From an uncultured Acidobacteriota bacterium (GTDB lineage Bacteria > Acidobacteriota > Thermoanaerobaculia > Gp7-AA8): DNA of 64,000 bases. How positions within the stretch are numbered: position 1 is the first letter of the stretch; each line of letters starts with the position of its first letter. This document shows, in pieces, positions 63,991 to 64,000 of the stretch. Location: NCBI GenBank assembly GCA_937870635.1, contig CALMZP010000167.1, forward strand, positions 40,917-104,916, given 5' to 3'. Under the pieces are notes generated by a model. That model searched no databases. It saw only the letters and a program-made list of their open reading frames with translations, and was not told the origin of the DNA. The position numbers and the translations under genes were made by a program.

Positions 63991-64000
63991 TTTGACGTCC

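Overview
This is a 64 kb high-GC (about 65-70%) bacterial chromosomal segment with dense coding on both strands. The gene content and repeat style resemble Acidobacteriota or Gemmatimonadota-like soil bacteria, but that taxonomic guess is low confidence. I found no rRNA, tRNA, CRISPR array, transposase or integrase genes.

Main content, left to right:
- A sensor kinase / response-regulator pair.
- A dispersed but complete reductive pyrimidine (uracil/thymine) catabolic gene set: NCS1 permease, PydA-like dihydropyrimidine dehydrogenase, dihydropyrimidinase, nitrilase-type beta-ureidopropionase, beta-alanine-pyruvate transaminase and MmsA.
- A eukaryotic-type Ser/Thr kinase gene that has been destroyed by a lower-GC insertion.
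- An NhaC antiporter.
- An FNR-like regulator next to a 1183-aa pyruvate:ferredoxin oxidoreductase (PFOR), with shared palindromic operator-like sites.
- An unusual operon encoding a radical-SAM/SPASM enzyme, a HypC-like protein, a formyltransferase-like protein, an Acg-type nitroreductase and a second noncanonical radical-SAM-like enzyme.
- A GNAT / ADP-forming acyl-CoA synthetase fusion.
- A blaI-blaR1-like pair.
- RIC, Cu/Zn-SOD, YjbQ and a disulfide oxidoreductase.
- A second Ser/Thr kinase.
- Two divergently transcribed membrane pyrophosphatases of different subfamilies.
- Two tandem OmpA-like genes.
- A MidA (NDUFAF7-like) methyltransferase followed by nuoA, nuoB and nuoC.

Most notable observations:
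- NuoB and NuoC each carry a nearly identical C-terminal Cys-rich domain (CxxCxxxC...C, similar to the RnfB / corrinoid Fe-S protein N-terminal putative Fe-S domain) attached by an Ala/Pro-rich linker.
- The radical-SAM / HypC-like / formyltransferase-like / nitroreductase locus looks like an uncharacterised maturation or cofactor-assembly system.
- The window is full of two repeat families. One is a REP-like perfect palindrome, GTGGAGCGCGGGCGAC|GTCGCCCGCGCTCCAC, inserted in-frame into two genes. The other is a family of hairpins built from tandem heptamers (TTTTGGA, GGACCTT, GGACCCT, ACGGTTA). There are also two perfect hairpins of about 115 bp each that flank one of the pyrophosphatase genes.
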